Positions 17,699-27,793 of a DNA stretch of 64,000 nt are shown in pieces. The translations under genes were made by a program, and so were the position numbers. How positions within the stretch are numbered: the stretch's first letter is position 1; every line of letters starts with the position of its first letter. The notes below the pieces were generated by a model. The model worked only from the letters and a program-made list of their open reading frames with translations. It had not been told where the DNA came from and made no database searches. The DNA is from Limibacterium fermenti (GTDB lineage: Bacteria; Bacteroidota; Bacteroidia; Bacteroidales; Dysgonomonadaceae), in contig NZ_CP159486.1 in NCBI RefSeq assembly GCF_041902845.1, positions 2,623,935 through 2,687,934 on the forward strand, read 5' to 3'.

Positions 17699-19000
17699 CT
17701 ACTTTTTCCTCGCACTTTCCTTCTTGTCCAACTCCCTTATGCGTTCCGAGGCTCTTTTGCTATACGGATTATGGATGGTATCAGGCGCAACTTCCAAAAG
17801 ATGCCGATAATACGTGAGCGCCTGCTTTTCATCCTCCAAATAATCATACACCAACGCCAGACTGATTAAGGTGAATTCATTGTCGTTATCATATTCGAGG
17901 GATTGAAGATAATGTGTTATTGCAATTTCCGGCTTCCCGTTCATCATGGCCATTCTTCCCAACCGGTTCTGGACATTCACCAACTGTGCCGTATCCGGTT
18001 TGATTAATTGGTACGCCTCGTTATAATAGGTGTATGCTTTCTCCGTTTGGCCGATTACTTCGGCGGTGATCGCTTTATAAAATTTCACCTCAAAAAACTT
18101 TCCTTTCGATAAACTATCGGCTTTCAACAGATACTGATGGGCTTCCAGCGGATATGATTCATTCGCGCGGTAATGGGCTAAGCCGGCAAAAAGATTTTGA
18201 TCGTAATCGAACTCGATACCCAGTTGTTCCAATACCGTATATCTTTCCACCGCTTTTTGAAAATGATTGCTGAGATAATTTCCTTTCGCATTCAGATTGA
18301 GGATATCCGCATTCACCGAGTCCTTTTCCAGATAAGCGTCGGTAATGAGGACTAATTTATCGACAGAATCCACGGCCAGACACAAGTTCGCCAATTGCTT
18401 CATCGTCATATAATCGTCAGGATTGCGACGATATTCGGTTTCCAACACCCGGATAGACTCGGCGACACTGTCGAGCCTCGCCAGACTTCTCGCTTTCAAC
18501 CGGACGACCGACGGGACCGTCACCTCTTGCAGGATACTGTCTGAAAGAACAATCGCCTGCGTATAGTCCTCGGCGGCATAAGCAAACTCCGCCTTCTTTA
18601 TCATCCATGCAGGGTCAGGCACTTTATCGGTTATGGCATTCGCAATCTGCATGGCAAGGCGGTTGTCCCCTATCTCTTGCGCGATTTCGGCAAACCGTTC
18701 CAGCAGGGCTGTACTATCGGGATAAGCCAGCAATCCGGCCCGGATGGTTTCTTTTGTTTGTGCGAGATACCCTAAGAATTTCTGAGCCTCTGCTTTCGTC
18801 TCAAAACAATAGGGAATTTTGCACTCCATTGAATCAATCAAATGAATCATTTCCTGAAATTGCATTGTTTTTTTCAGGACTTCAATCCGTTCGATCATTT
18901 TCTGTTCCGGTTCTAATACCTGTTCTTGAGAGAATAAGGACAGACTCCCAATAAAGAAAACAGAGACAATAAATAACTTGTACATCATTCCATTTACCAT
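17699..19000 (-). CDS. Tetratricopeptide-repeat protein with a signal peptide
   Basis: The 433-aa ORF has a hydrophobic N-terminus followed by TPR-like repeats. Confidence 0.6.
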   Translation of the reverse strand: MVNGMMYKLFIVSVFFIGSLSLFSQEQVLEPEQKMIERIEVLKKTMQFQEMIHLIDSMECKIPYCFETKAEAQKFLGYLAQTKETIRAGLLAYPDSTALLERFAEIAQEIGDNRLAMQIANAITDKVPDPAWMIKKAEFAYAAEDYTQAIVLSDSILQEVTVPSVVRLKARSLARLDSVAESIRVLETEYRRNPDDYMTMKQLANLCLAVDSVDKLVLITDAYLEKDSVNADILNLNAKGNYLSNHFQKAVERYTVLEQLGIEFDYDQNLFAGLAHYRANESYPLEAHQYLLKADSLSKGKFFEVKFYKAITAEVIGQTEKAYTYYNEAYQLIKPDTAQLVNVQNRLGRMAMMNGKPEIAITHYLQSLEYDNDNEFTLISLALVYDYLEDEKQALTYYRHLLEVAPDTIHNPYSKRASERIRELDKKESARKK

Positions 19001-19015
19001 TTATCCTATTTATAT

Positions 19016-19050
19016 AACAGGGAGCGTTACTTCGTGGGACGCTCCCTGTT
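19016..19050. terminator. Hairpin terminator candidate (11-bp perfect stem AACAGGGAGCG/CGCTCCCTGTT)
   Basis: Seen directly. It lies downstream of the minus-strand BlaR1-like gene. Confidence 0.5.
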
Positions 19051-19062
19051 ATCAAAACCGTA

Positions 19063-20715
19063 TTATTTTTGCAGACTGAAAACAACCGGCAACGTAAACA
19101 GGACATTGACCGGTTGTTTTTTCAATTTGCCCGGAATCCATTCAGGCATCACATTCACCAAACGCAAAGCTTCCGCATCCAATAGAGGATCCGCTCCCCG
19201 GAGAACAACCGCATCGGATATACGTCCGTCTTTCCTTACAATAAACTGTACAATAACCCGGCCTTGTATTCCTTTTTTCTGAGCTTCAACAGGGTATTGA
19301 ATATTATCGTTCAAAAAACTCATAAGTTTAGGCTGTCCGCCGGGAAAAGCCGCTGGCTCATCTACCACTTCAAAAACTTCCTCATCTCCATTATCCATAC
19401 CTACCTTTACATCCGTCACTTCAATTTTGACCTTTTTACCATCCGATAATGCAAAAACAACGGGAAGTGTGTATTCCACGCGTACAATCTCGCCTTTATG
19501 TTCTCCCGGCGTCCATTTGGGCATCGCATTCACCATCCGGACGGCCTCATTATCCAACGAAGGATCGATTCCTCTAATAATCTTCGCATTGGAAACCCTA
19601 CCGTCTTTCTCTATAATAAACTGTACGATCACCCTTCCTTCGATACCGTTCTCCGCTGCTATTTGCGGATATTTCAATTCGGAATAAATAAAATCCATTA
19701 TCGATTCGCTATGCGCCCCTTGTCCAAAATGCGGAGGAGTATCCACGACGTTAAATACCTCGTCGCTCTTACTGAGCGGCTTGTTCTTATCCTGCCACAC
19801 CTGTTCGTCGGCGTCTTGCGGCCCATGCGAACGGGCATATACACTGTTAGCCGTCACGAAAAGAAACGCCAACGGCAACACCAAAAAGTATTTCGCCAGC
19901 TTCCGAGCAGGCGACTTTGTCTTATTCATCATCATAATACGTTGTTTAAGTTGTGATACATTAAAATTATTTACTATCTGAACTGCAGTTTCATGATACG
20001 TCTGTCGTAAAAGGTGGTATTGGTAATCACGGCTATCCACTCCCCGCTGTAACACGGCGCTATCGGCCAGATACTCGAGGTTGATGGCTATTTCCCGCTT
20101 CATCAGCCACGCTACCGGATTCCACCAGCAAAAAATGCAAACACATTCGCCCAATAAAATATCGACGGAATGCCATTGTTTTACATGCACCTGTTCATGC
20201 AAAAGAATCTGATTCAATTCGTTATCGGAATGCATCGCATCATCTATAAATATCCATCGGAAGAAAGAAAAAGGCCTTGCTTCTTCCGGAAGATGATACA
20301 CAGGAATCGTGTGTATGCGGCATTTCATGCTTCGACGCTTTATACGCAAGATGGAAATAAGCTGTCCGAAAAAGCGCAGCAACAACAAACCGGTTCCTGC
20401 CAGCCACATCCCATATACGATCTTTTTCCAATTCACATGGAAGGCGTGAGCCGGCGGCTCTTCCACCACCGCCATCGTCGACTCGCCGAGCATGACCGTA
20501 ACCGTTGCGTCTTGCTTTTCAGACACAACAGGCAGCATATTACCCAACGCATCGACGGTGAAAAACGGATAGGCTAATGAAAATACAATAGCCGACAGGA
20601 AATAGTAGCGGCGCAACTCTATGAAGGTATCCTTCCTCAACAGGAAGAAGTAAAGCAGGTAAAAAAACACCAATGCGGCGTTTACCTTAATGGCATATAT
20701 AAAAAATGTTTCCAT
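19063..20715 (-). CDS. BlaR1/MecR1-like M56 peptidase sensor fused to two tandem TonB C-terminal domains
   Basis: The 550-aa ORF has N-terminal TM helices and an HEQVHVKQWH (HExxH) motif. Two similar C-terminal about 100-aa TonB-C repeats are present, matching a diverged DNA-level duplication at about 19118-19270 versus about 19500-19650. Confidence 0.75.
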   Translation of the reverse strand: METFFIYAIKVNAALVFFYLLYFFLLRKDTFIELRRYYFLSAIVFSLAYPFFTVDALGNMLPVVSEKQDATVTVMLGESTMAVVEEPPAHAFHVNWKKIVYGMWLAGTGLLLLRFFGQLISILRIKRRSMKCRIHTIPVYHLPEEARPFSFFRWIFIDDAMHSDNELNQILLHEQVHVKQWHSVDILLGECVCIFCWWNPVAWLMKREIAINLEYLADSAVLQRGVDSRDYQYHLLRQTYHETAVQIVNNFNVSQLKQRIMMMNKTKSPARKLAKYFLVLPLAFLFVTANSVYARSHGPQDADEQVWQDKNKPLSKSDEVFNVVDTPPHFGQGAHSESIMDFIYSELKYPQIAAENGIEGRVIVQFIIEKDGRVSNAKIIRGIDPSLDNEAVRMVNAMPKWTPGEHKGEIVRVEYTLPVVFALSDGKKVKIEVTDVKVGMDNGDEEVFEVVDEPAAFPGGQPKLMSFLNDNIQYPVEAQKKGIQGRVIVQFIVRKDGRISDAVVLRGADPLLDAEALRLVNVMPEWIPGKLKKQPVNVLFTLPVVFSLQK

Positions 20716-20750
20716 AGCCGCGAATCATTTTTATACGAATCGCCCGGTTC

Positions 20751-21113
20751 TTATTTGCGGGCGTTCTCGATTAAACGAATAATCTCTTCCAACTCGTCGG
20801 AAGTTACCTTTTGTTCTTTCGCGAAGAAAGAAACCAATTCTTTGTACGAATTATCGAAATAATTCTCTACCACACCCGATAAAAAATGGGTTTTATAGGC
20901 GGCTTCGGAAATTTTCGGTTTAAAGACCTTTACGTTTCCGAACCTTCTTTTCGTGAGAAAGCCTTTATTTTCAAGGTTTCGGAAGATAGATGCTACGGTC
21001 GTATAAGGGGGTTTGGGTTCCTCCATCTTATCGACGACATCTTTAATAGCACATTCTCCCAACGGCCATATAAGCAACATAACAGATTCTTCTTGAGGTG
21101 TTAACCGTTCCAT
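20751..21113 (-). CDS. BlaI/MecI/CopY-family transcriptional repressor
   Basis: This 120-aa winged-helix repressor is the upstream partner of the M56 sensor gene. Confidence 0.75.
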   Translation of the reverse strand: MERLTPQEESVMLLIWPLGECAIKDVVDKMEEPKPPYTTVASIFRNLENKGFLTKRRFGNVKVFKPKISEAAYKTHFLSGVVENYFDNSYKELVSFFAKEQKVTSDELEEIIRLIENARK

Positions 21114-21257
21114 ATCATTCTATATTTCTATTCTTATTTATTTAAACAATACAAAACTACTATTTTTTAGTAACAATGAAAACATTTCACAGAAAAAAGA
21201 CAGTTAAAAAAATAAAAAGGGGAAATATGATTAGTCGGGGACGCCGTTCAAAGCGAC

Positions 21258-21453
21258 ATCCCCGATTTAGAAACTGTTTAAATTTCTTGCGAAAGGCTTT
21301 CGTTCAATTATTCTTCGCCTTCAAAAAGTTTCTTTTTTGTATTCTTCTTCCTCTTATTTGGCTCAAATAGCCCGCTATTATCGCCAAAACGAGAAAGAAC
21401 ACTGCTAAAAAATAATTCTTTTTGAATCGCGAAAGAAATTTAAACAGTTTCTT
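21258..21453. repeat. MITE-like element, copy B. It is the full version, with about 20-bp terminal inverted repeats (AGAAACTGTTTAAATTTCTT...) flanking a core.
   Basis: The left arm at 21258-21285 and the right arm at 21424-21453 are reverse complements. The internal sequence CAAATAGCCCGCTATT is shared with copies A and C. Confidence 0.6.
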
Positions 21454-21485
21454 AGTTTCGTGCATTTTCGAAGAAAGGGTAAAGA

Positions 21486-22412
21486 TTAATTTACCCGAAA
21501 ACGCGTAGTGCCGGTATGAAAGAAGTCCACGATTTGTTTGGCTGCCGCAAGCCCCGCATTGATATTGGCTTCAAACGTTTGAGCGCCCGACTTCTTGGGC
21601 GTGGAAAAATACCGGTTGCCGAATTTTTCCTTAAACAACGCATGATTATCGGGCTGAATGTCGGTAATGAACCGGAAACCGGGACGTTCGTCCATAATAC
21701 GGATCAAATCTGCCTCTTTAATCACTTCTTTCCTCGCCGTATTCACTAAAAGGGCTTCTTCCGGCAAACGAGACAATAACGCATAATTCACGCACTCACG
21801 TGTTTCCTTCAAAAGCGGCATGTGCAAAGAAAGGATATCCGATGTTTCGAACAACTCTTCCACGCTATAGACCGATAAAACACCATACTCTCCTTCTTTC
21901 CGGAGATCGTCATGCGTCAACGAGGGTGAGTAGGTCTGGACACTCATCTCGAACCCGCGGGCAATTTTTGCCACCATTTTGGCGACATTCCCAAAGGCAT
22001 ACAGTCCAAGCCGCTTCCTTTTGAGTTCATGCCCCGATGTTCCGTCGAACTGATTACGCTGCATGAATATAATAAGTCCGAGGACTAATTCCGCGACCGC
22101 ATTGGCATTCTGCCCGGGCGTATTCATCACACAAATATCGCGCTGAGTGGCGGCGTTCAAGTCAACATTGTCGTACCCGGCACCGGCGCGCACAATCACT
22201 TTCAACTGCGGTGCATGGTCGATAACCTCCTTGTCAATCTTATCACTCCGGATAATGAGGGCTTCGACATCTTCCAAAGCCTTTATTAATTCGGATTTAT
22301 GCGTATATTTTTCTATTACGGCAAACGTATAACCTGCTGTTTCTATAATTCCTTTAATTTCTTTTACTGCTTGTGGGGCAAAAGGTTTCTCTGTTGCTAA
22401 AAGGACCTTCAT
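21486..22412 (-). CDS. serA: D-3-phosphoglycerate dehydrogenase (2-hydroxyacid dehydrogenase family)
   Basis: The 308-aa ORF has an NAD-binding GAGYDNVD-like motif and sits in an operon with serC. Confidence 0.8.
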   Translation of the reverse strand: MKVLLATEKPFAPQAVKEIKGIIETAGYTFAVIEKYTHKSELIKALEDVEALIIRSDKIDKEVIDHAPQLKVIVRAGAGYDNVDLNAATQRDICVMNTPGQNANAVAELVLGLIIFMQRNQFDGTSGHELKRKRLGLYAFGNVAKMVAKIARGFEMSVQTYSPSLTHDDLRKEGEYGVLSVYSVEELFETSDILSLHMPLLKETRECVNYALLSRLPEEALLVNTARKEVIKEADLIRIMDERPGFRFITDIQPDNHALFKEKFGNRYFSTPKKSGAQTFEANINAGLAAAKQIVDFFHTGTTRFRVN

Positions 22413-22433
22413 TATTTCGTGTTATATCGTAAA

Positions 22434-23507
22434 TTACTTTTGTTTTTCGAAATCCTGCATGCAATCGATCAATGCTTGTACACCTTCCACGGGCATGGCA
22501 TTGTAGATAGATGCCCTGAAGCCTCCTACGGAACGATGCCCTTTAATACCCGACATGCCCCGTTTAACGGCAAAATCCAAAAACTCCGGCTCTAATTCTT
22601 TATATTCATCTTCCATCACGAAACACACATTCATGAACGAACGGTCTTCTTCTGCAGCCGGGCCTTTAAACAACCGGTTGCGGTCGATTTCATCATACAA
22701 CCGGGCAGCTTTATCGATATTGATTTTTTCAATCGCTTTCACACCTCCCAATTCTTTCAACCAACGCAAGGTCTGCAAAGCGGCAAAAATAGGAACCACC
22801 GGAGGGGTATTGAACATCGAGCCGTTTTTGATATGAATACGGTAATCGAGCATCGAAGGAATCGGACGGGACACTTTTCCCAACACATCCTCTTTCACAA
22901 TGACAAAAGTCACACCGGCCGGAGCAAGGTTTTTCTGAGCTCCTCCATAAATAAGAGCATATTTCGACACATCGAGCGGACGGGAAAAAATATCCGACGA
23001 CATATCGGCTACCAATGGCACGGGACTATCGATATCGGTATGCAATTCCGTTCCGAAAATCGTATTGTTCGTCGTTATGTGAAAATAATCGGCATCGGCG
23101 GGAACCACATAATCCTTCGGGATATAGCTGTAATTGGCCTCTTTTGACGAAGCCACTTCCACTGCTTCACCAAACAACTTAGCTTCTTTCAAGGCTTTGT
23201 TGGCCCACGTCCCCGTATTGAGATAAGCGGCTTTTTTCTCAAGCAGATTGTACGGAACCATACAAAATTGCAGGCTGGCTCCTCCTCCCAAAAATAATAT
23301 GCTGTAGCCTTCCGGAATATCCAAAAGTTCTTTAAACAAAGCAACAGCTTCGTCTATAACAACCTGAAAGTCTTTCGAACGATGGCTGATTTCCATAATC
23401 GAAAGGCCTATACCATTAAAATCCATGATGGCCTCTGCTGTTTTTTCCATCGTCACTCGCGGCAGAATAGAAGGACCGGCACTAAAATTGTACTTCTTCA
23501 TAACCAA
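22434..23507 (-). CDS. serC: Phosphoserine aminotransferase
   Basis: The N-terminus [14 protein letters not shown] is typical of SerC. The true start may be the ATG at 23501. Confidence 0.85.
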   Translation of the reverse strand: MVMKKYNFSAGPSILPRVTMEKTAEAIMDFNGIGLSIMEISHRSKDFQVVIDEAVALFKELLDIPEGYSILFLGGGASLQFCMVPYNLLEKKAAYLNTGTWANKALKEAKLFGEAVEVASSKEANYSYIPKDYVVPADADYFHITTNNTIFGTELHTDIDSPVPLVADMSSDIFSRPLDVSKYALIYGGAQKNLAPAGVTFVIVKEDVLGKVSRPIPSMLDYRIHIKNGSMFNTPPVVPIFAALQTLRWLKELGGVKAIEKINIDKAARLYDEIDRNRLFKGPAAEEDRSFMNVCFVMEDEYKELEPEFLDFAVKRGMSGIKGHRSVGGFRASIYNAMPVEGVQALIDCMQDFEKQK

Positions 23508-23649
23508 AAATATTTAAAAAATATGTTTCATTTTCCACTGCAAAGCTACAAATTTATTACTAATTTTTAGCCTTTCCTTTGAAATTATAGACAAAATAAT
23601 CTTCAAATTCTTTCGACACCTGAAATTTGTCCGATCCGGTGAATCGTTG

Positions 23650-23657
23650 TATCTTTG
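23650..23657 (+). promoter_or_regulatory. Candidate -7 promoter box TATCTTTG upstream of recR
   Basis: It matches TAnnTTTG and sits about 24 nt upstream of the recR ATG. Confidence 0.35.
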
Positions 23658-23680
23658 TTGGGTAATCATATTTTCCTCGA

Positions 23681-24313
23681 ATGAATCATCAGTATCCATC
23701 TATTTTACTTGAAAATGCGGTGAATGAATTTGCCAAACTTCCCGGAATCGGCAGGAAAACCGCATTACGCCTCGTCTTGCATCTTTTGCGCCAAGACAAG
23801 GAAATGGTCGATAATTTCGCACAAACGATCGTAAAACTCAGGCACGACATCCATTATTGTTCTTGTTGCCATAACATATGCGATAAGGATATTTGCGATA
23901 TTTGCGCCAATCCGCAACGCGACCGTTCGATGATCTGTGTGGTGGAAAGCATTCAGGAAGTGATGGCTATCGAAAGAACCGGACAATTCAAAGGCTTGTA
24001 CCATGTATTGGGGGGAATTATCTCCCCTATCGACGGCATAGGGCCTTCCGATCTGGAGATTGCAAGTTTGGAGGAGCGGGTAAAGAATGACGGCGTACAG
24101 GAAGTGATTCTGGCTTTAAGCGCCACGATGGAGGGCGATACCACCAACTTTTACATCTACCGTAAACTACAACCGTATGCGGCCAACGTCAGCATTATTG
24201 CCCGAGGGGTATCTATCGGCGATGAAATTGAATATGCCGATGAAATAACGCTCGGACGGTCTATTCTGAACCGGACGCCTTTCAATGAATCGTATAAATT
24301 AATATCAAAGTAA
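23681..24313 (+). CDS. recR: Recombination protein RecR
   Basis: The [13 protein letters not shown] HhH motif, a C4 zinc finger ([16 protein letters not shown]) and a Toprim domain are present. Confidence 0.85.
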   Translation: MNHQYPSILLENAVNEFAKLPGIGRKTALRLVLHLLRQDKEMVDNFAQTIVKLRHDIHYCSCCHNICDKDICDICANPQRDRSMICVVESIQEVMAIERTGQFKGLYHVLGGIISPIDGIGPSDLEIASLEERVKNDGVQEVILALSATMEGDTTNFYIYRKLQPYAANVSIIARGVSIGDEIEYADEITLGRSILNRTPFNESYKLISK

Positions 24314-24775
24314 ATGGAGAAAGCCAGAAATACAGGAACCATTAAAAGCCTGTCGACACATTATTATATACACGTGACTGTAATCGCCACCCTCTTGGCG
24401 CTGGTATTATTCCGCGTTATCGATTTGAGCCGCTATGCCGAATTCATAACCGTAACCGCGGAACGCTATGCCATCCTCGTTACGATCATCGCTATTCCTG
24501 TGGCATTGAAGACTTTTTCCGAAAGATTGAAAAAAGTTTCGAAAGGCTCCATCAACCGTCCGCCCGAGAAAGAATATGCCCGCGCCTATTTTATCCGTTT
24601 GTATAGTGTAGGCATTGTTACGGTGGCGAATATCGTTTTATTCTCGTGTTCCCGCAACCATAATTTTTTGTGGCTTACGATTGTATTACTGATTATATAC
24701 TTCTTTTGCAAACCTTCCGATGCCGAACTGATTGCTTTAACCGATACCGAAAAAGAGGCCCATGAAGATGCTTGA
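24314..24775 (+). CDS. Hypothetical membrane protein
   Basis: It is a 153-aa ORF with hydrophobic helices. I recognise no family. Confidence 0.5.
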   Translation: MEKARNTGTIKSLSTHYYIHVTVIATLLALVLFRVIDLSRYAEFITVTAERYAILVTIIAIPVALKTFSERLKKVSKGSINRPPEKEYARAYFIRLYSVGIVTVANIVLFSCSRNHNFLWLTIVLLIIYFFCKPSDAELIALTDTEKEAHEDA

Positions 24776-25298
24776 AAATGATCATATACGACTGCGCGCT
24801 CCCGAACCGGAAGATCTCGACATTCTTTACAAATGGGAGAATAATACGGAATGGTGGCAATACGGGTCCTCGATAGTCCCGTTTTCCCGCTTCGCGCTTA
24901 AGCAATATCTTATCCAATCGAAACAGGATATTTATCAGGACAAGCAACTACGCTTAATGGTCGAGTTGAAAAGTACCCACGCAACGATTGGGAGTATCGA
25001 TTTATACGACTTCGATCCGTTCCACCTGCGTGCCGGCGTGGGCATCCTTGTCGATGAAAATTACCACCGTCAGGGGTATGCTTCGCAGATACTGGAGCTA
25101 CTCGAAGCGTATTGTTTCGGGTTCCTGAAACTGAATCAACTGTATGCCGTCGTCCCCGTACAAAACACCAGAAGTATCAACCTGTTTAAAAAATCCGGTT
25201 ATATCCTTTCCGGCACATTACAAAAATGGTTATCTTCGGGCGATTTTTACGAAGACGCAACACTCTTTCAAAAAATCAATCACAAAACCTACGGATAA
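24762..25298 (+). CDS. GNAT family N-acetyltransferase (RimJ/RimL-like)
   Basis: The 178-aa ORF has a GNAT core (GVGILVDENYHRQGYASQIL). Confidence 0.7.
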   Translation: MKMLENDHIRLRAPEPEDLDILYKWENNTEWWQYGSSIVPFSRFALKQYLIQSKQDIYQDKQLRLMVELKSTHATIGSIDLYDFDPFHLRAGVGILVDENYHRQGYASQILELLEAYCFGFLKLNQLYAVVPVQNTRSINLFKKSGYILSGTLQKWLSSGDFYEDATLFQKINHKTYG

Positions 25299-25299
25299 A

Positions 25300-25863
25300 A
25301 TGAACGAAGATATTCAAAAAGCGTGTGAAGTATTGAAAAAAGGAGGCGTCATCTTATATCCCACCGACACGATCTGGGGAATAGGCTGTGATGCAACGAA
25401 CGAGGAAGCGGTAAAACGGGTTTATGACATCAAGCAACGGCAAGATCATAAAGCCATGCTCGTATTGCTCGATAACCCGGCGAAACTCTACCAGTATGTG
25501 CAAGAGGTACCCGACATTGCGATGGACTTGATCGATCTCACCGACAAGCCGCTGACCATCATCTACGAAAAGGCGCAAAATCTGGCGCAAAATTTGATTG
25601 CCACAGACGGATCGATCGGCATCCGCATTACCGGCGAAGTTTTTTCGAGTGCTTTGTGCAGACAATTCCGCAGGCCCATCGTTTCCACGTCGGCCAATAT
25701 AAGCGGACACGCCTCTCCGAAACGGTTTGCCGATATCGAAAAGGAAATTATCGATGCGGTCGATTACGTGGTTTCGTACCGGCAGCACGACAACACCCCT
25801 GCGGCGCCTTCGGGTATTATACGGTTAGGGGCCAACGGTTCCATCGAAGTGATCCGCAAGTAA
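25300..25863 (+). CDS. tsaC: L-threonylcarbamoyladenylate synthase (YrdC/TsaC)
   Basis: KGGVILYPTDTIWGIGCDATNEEAV is a YrdC signature. The start is set at the ATG at 25300, which is in frame within the longer track ORF. Confidence 0.8.
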   Translation: MNEDIQKACEVLKKGGVILYPTDTIWGIGCDATNEEAVKRVYDIKQRQDHKAMLVLLDNPAKLYQYVQEVPDIAMDLIDLTDKPLTIIYEKAQNLAQNLIATDGSIGIRITGEVFSSALCRQFRRPIVSTSANISGHASPKRFADIEKEIIDAVDYVVSYRQHDNTPAAPSGIIRLGANGSIEVIRK

Positions 25864-25932
25864 TGGCGACCGGATGGGGAGACAAGGGGACAAGGGGACT
25901 GTCGAATCCTGAAATCATTGAATTATTGAATT

Positions 25933-27732
25933 GTGGAATTTGTGCAACTAAAAAAAGCTTATGATAATTTTCTGTTGTGGCGTACTTCCCATATAAAAGA
26001 GCGCCCCTTTTTGCTATTTATCTGTTTTCTGGTAGGTATTTTTACGGCATTGGCATCGTTTATACTGAAAGAAGCGATTCATTTCATTCAATCGATGCTG
26101 ACGGAAAGTTTCGTTCAAACCGGAGCCAACTATTTATATCTTCTCTACCCGGTACTCGGCATCCTTATCGCCGGATTGTATGTAAAATTTGTGGTAAAAG
26201 ACGATATCAGTCATGGGGTAACCAAAATCTTATTTGCCATATCGCAACGCAAAAGCCGCATCAAACCACATAACATGTACACTTCGATGATCGCCAGTTC
26301 TATAACGATCGGCTTCGGAGGTTCGGTGGGGGCGGAATCTCCGATTGTATTGACGGGATCGGCCATCGGATCGAACTTGGGACGTTTTTTCAAACTCGAC
26401 CAGCGTAATTTGATGATTTTGGTAGGATGCGGCGCAACCGGCGCCATTGCCGGAATCTTTAAAGCGCCTATCGCAGGTATTTTGTTCGTCATCGAAGTAC
26501 TGCTACTCGATTTGACCCTCTCGTCAATCCTTCCGTTATTGGTTACGGCAGTTACGGCAACCACGGTTTCTTATATTCTCACAAGTCCCGATGCCCTCTT
26601 TGCTTTTTCACAAGTAGAGCCTTTCACCCTCAATCGTATCCCCTACGTCATCTTGTTAGGCATTTTTTGCGGACTGATCTCGTGGTATGTTATCCGTGCG
26701 ATGAGTTGGATTGAAGACGTCTACAAAGCCTTGCCCCAATGGAAACGCTTTCTGTTGGGAGGTGTGACGCTCAGCTTGCTCATCTTTCTTTTTCCTCCGT
26801 TATTCGGTGAAGGATATGACTCGATAAATATTCTTTTGGCAGGGGATGAGCATTACAACAAATTATTGAACGGAAGTATCTTCTATGATATTCAAGGCCC
26901 TTGGGGGATCATTATGTTCTTAGCCCTCGTATTGCTCTTCAAGGCGTTTGCGACCAGCGCTACGAACGGAGGAGGCGGAACGGGGGGCGTATTCGCACCG
27001 ACTTTGTTGATGGGATGTCTGGCCGGTTTTATTTTTTCGTACTCGCTGAATACGCTGGGATATTCTACATTTCTTCCGCAGGAAAATTTTGCATTAATGG
27101 GCATGGCTGGCCTCATGGCGGGGGTAATGCATGCACCGTTGACCGGGACGTTCTTAATCGCTGAACTGACGGGAGGATATGCCCTGTTTCTACCGCTGAT
27201 GATCGTGTCGAGCTGTGCCTATGCAACGATTCTCTTATTTGAGAAGCATAGTATTTATGCCATGCGGCTGGCGAAACGGGGTGAATTGATTACGCACCAC
27301 AAAGATAAAGCGGTACTTACGTTTCTTAAGATAAAAGACCTGCTGGAAACCGATATTCCGGTCGTGACGCCCGAAATGACCCTCGGCGATATGGTTAAGG
27401 TGTTATCCAAAAGCAGCAGGAGCATCTTTCCGGTAACCGATCATCAGGGTGTATTGCTGGGATTGGTATTGGTAAACGACATCCGCAACATCATGTTCCG
27501 GCCGGAGCTTTACGACCGGTTTCACGTCGAACGGTTCATGGTGGGAGCGCCGGCGAAAATCAATATTCATTCCACGATGGAACAGGTAATGAATACCTTC
27601 GAAGATACCAAAGCCTGGAACCTGCCTGTCGTCGACGACTCGGGGCTTTATCAGGGTATCCTGTCGCAATCGTCGGTGTTTAATGCTTACCGGGAGGTGT
27701 TGCTGAAGAATTATTCCGAATCGGATGAGTAA
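25933..27732 (+). CDS. ClC-family chloride channel/antiporter with C-terminal CBS domains
   Basis: The 599-aa ORF has multiple TM helices, a GSVGAESP selectivity-like motif and a C-terminal CBS pair. Confidence 0.75.
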   Translation: MEFVQLKKAYDNFLLWRTSHIKERPFLLFICFLVGIFTALASFILKEAIHFIQSMLTESFVQTGANYLYLLYPVLGILIAGLYVKFVVKDDISHGVTKILFAISQRKSRIKPHNMYTSMIASSITIGFGGSVGAESPIVLTGSAIGSNLGRFFKLDQRNLMILVGCGATGAIAGIFKAPIAGILFVIEVLLLDLTLSSILPLLVTAVTATTVSYILTSPDALFAFSQVEPFTLNRIPYVILLGIFCGLISWYVIRAMSWIEDVYKALPQWKRFLLGGVTLSLLIFLFPPLFGEGYDSINILLAGDEHYNKLLNGSIFYDIQGPWGIIMFLALVLLFKAFATSATNGGGGTGGVFAPTLLMGCLAGFIFSYSLNTLGYSTFLPQENFALMGMAGLMAGVMHAPLTGTFLIAELTGGYALFLPLMIVSSCAYATILLFEKHSIYAMRLAKRGELITHHKDKAVLTFLKIKDLLETDIPVVTPEMTLGDMVKVLSKSSRSIFPVTDHQGVLLGLVLVNDIRNIMFRPELYDRFHVERFMVGAPAKINIHSTMEQVMNTFEDTKAWNLPVVDDSGLYQGILSQSSVFNAYREVLLKNYSESDE

Positions 27733-27793
27733 ATGAACGGTGAGTAGTAAGTAGTGAATGGCGAGTAGAGAAAAATGATAAGGAGAAATCAGG

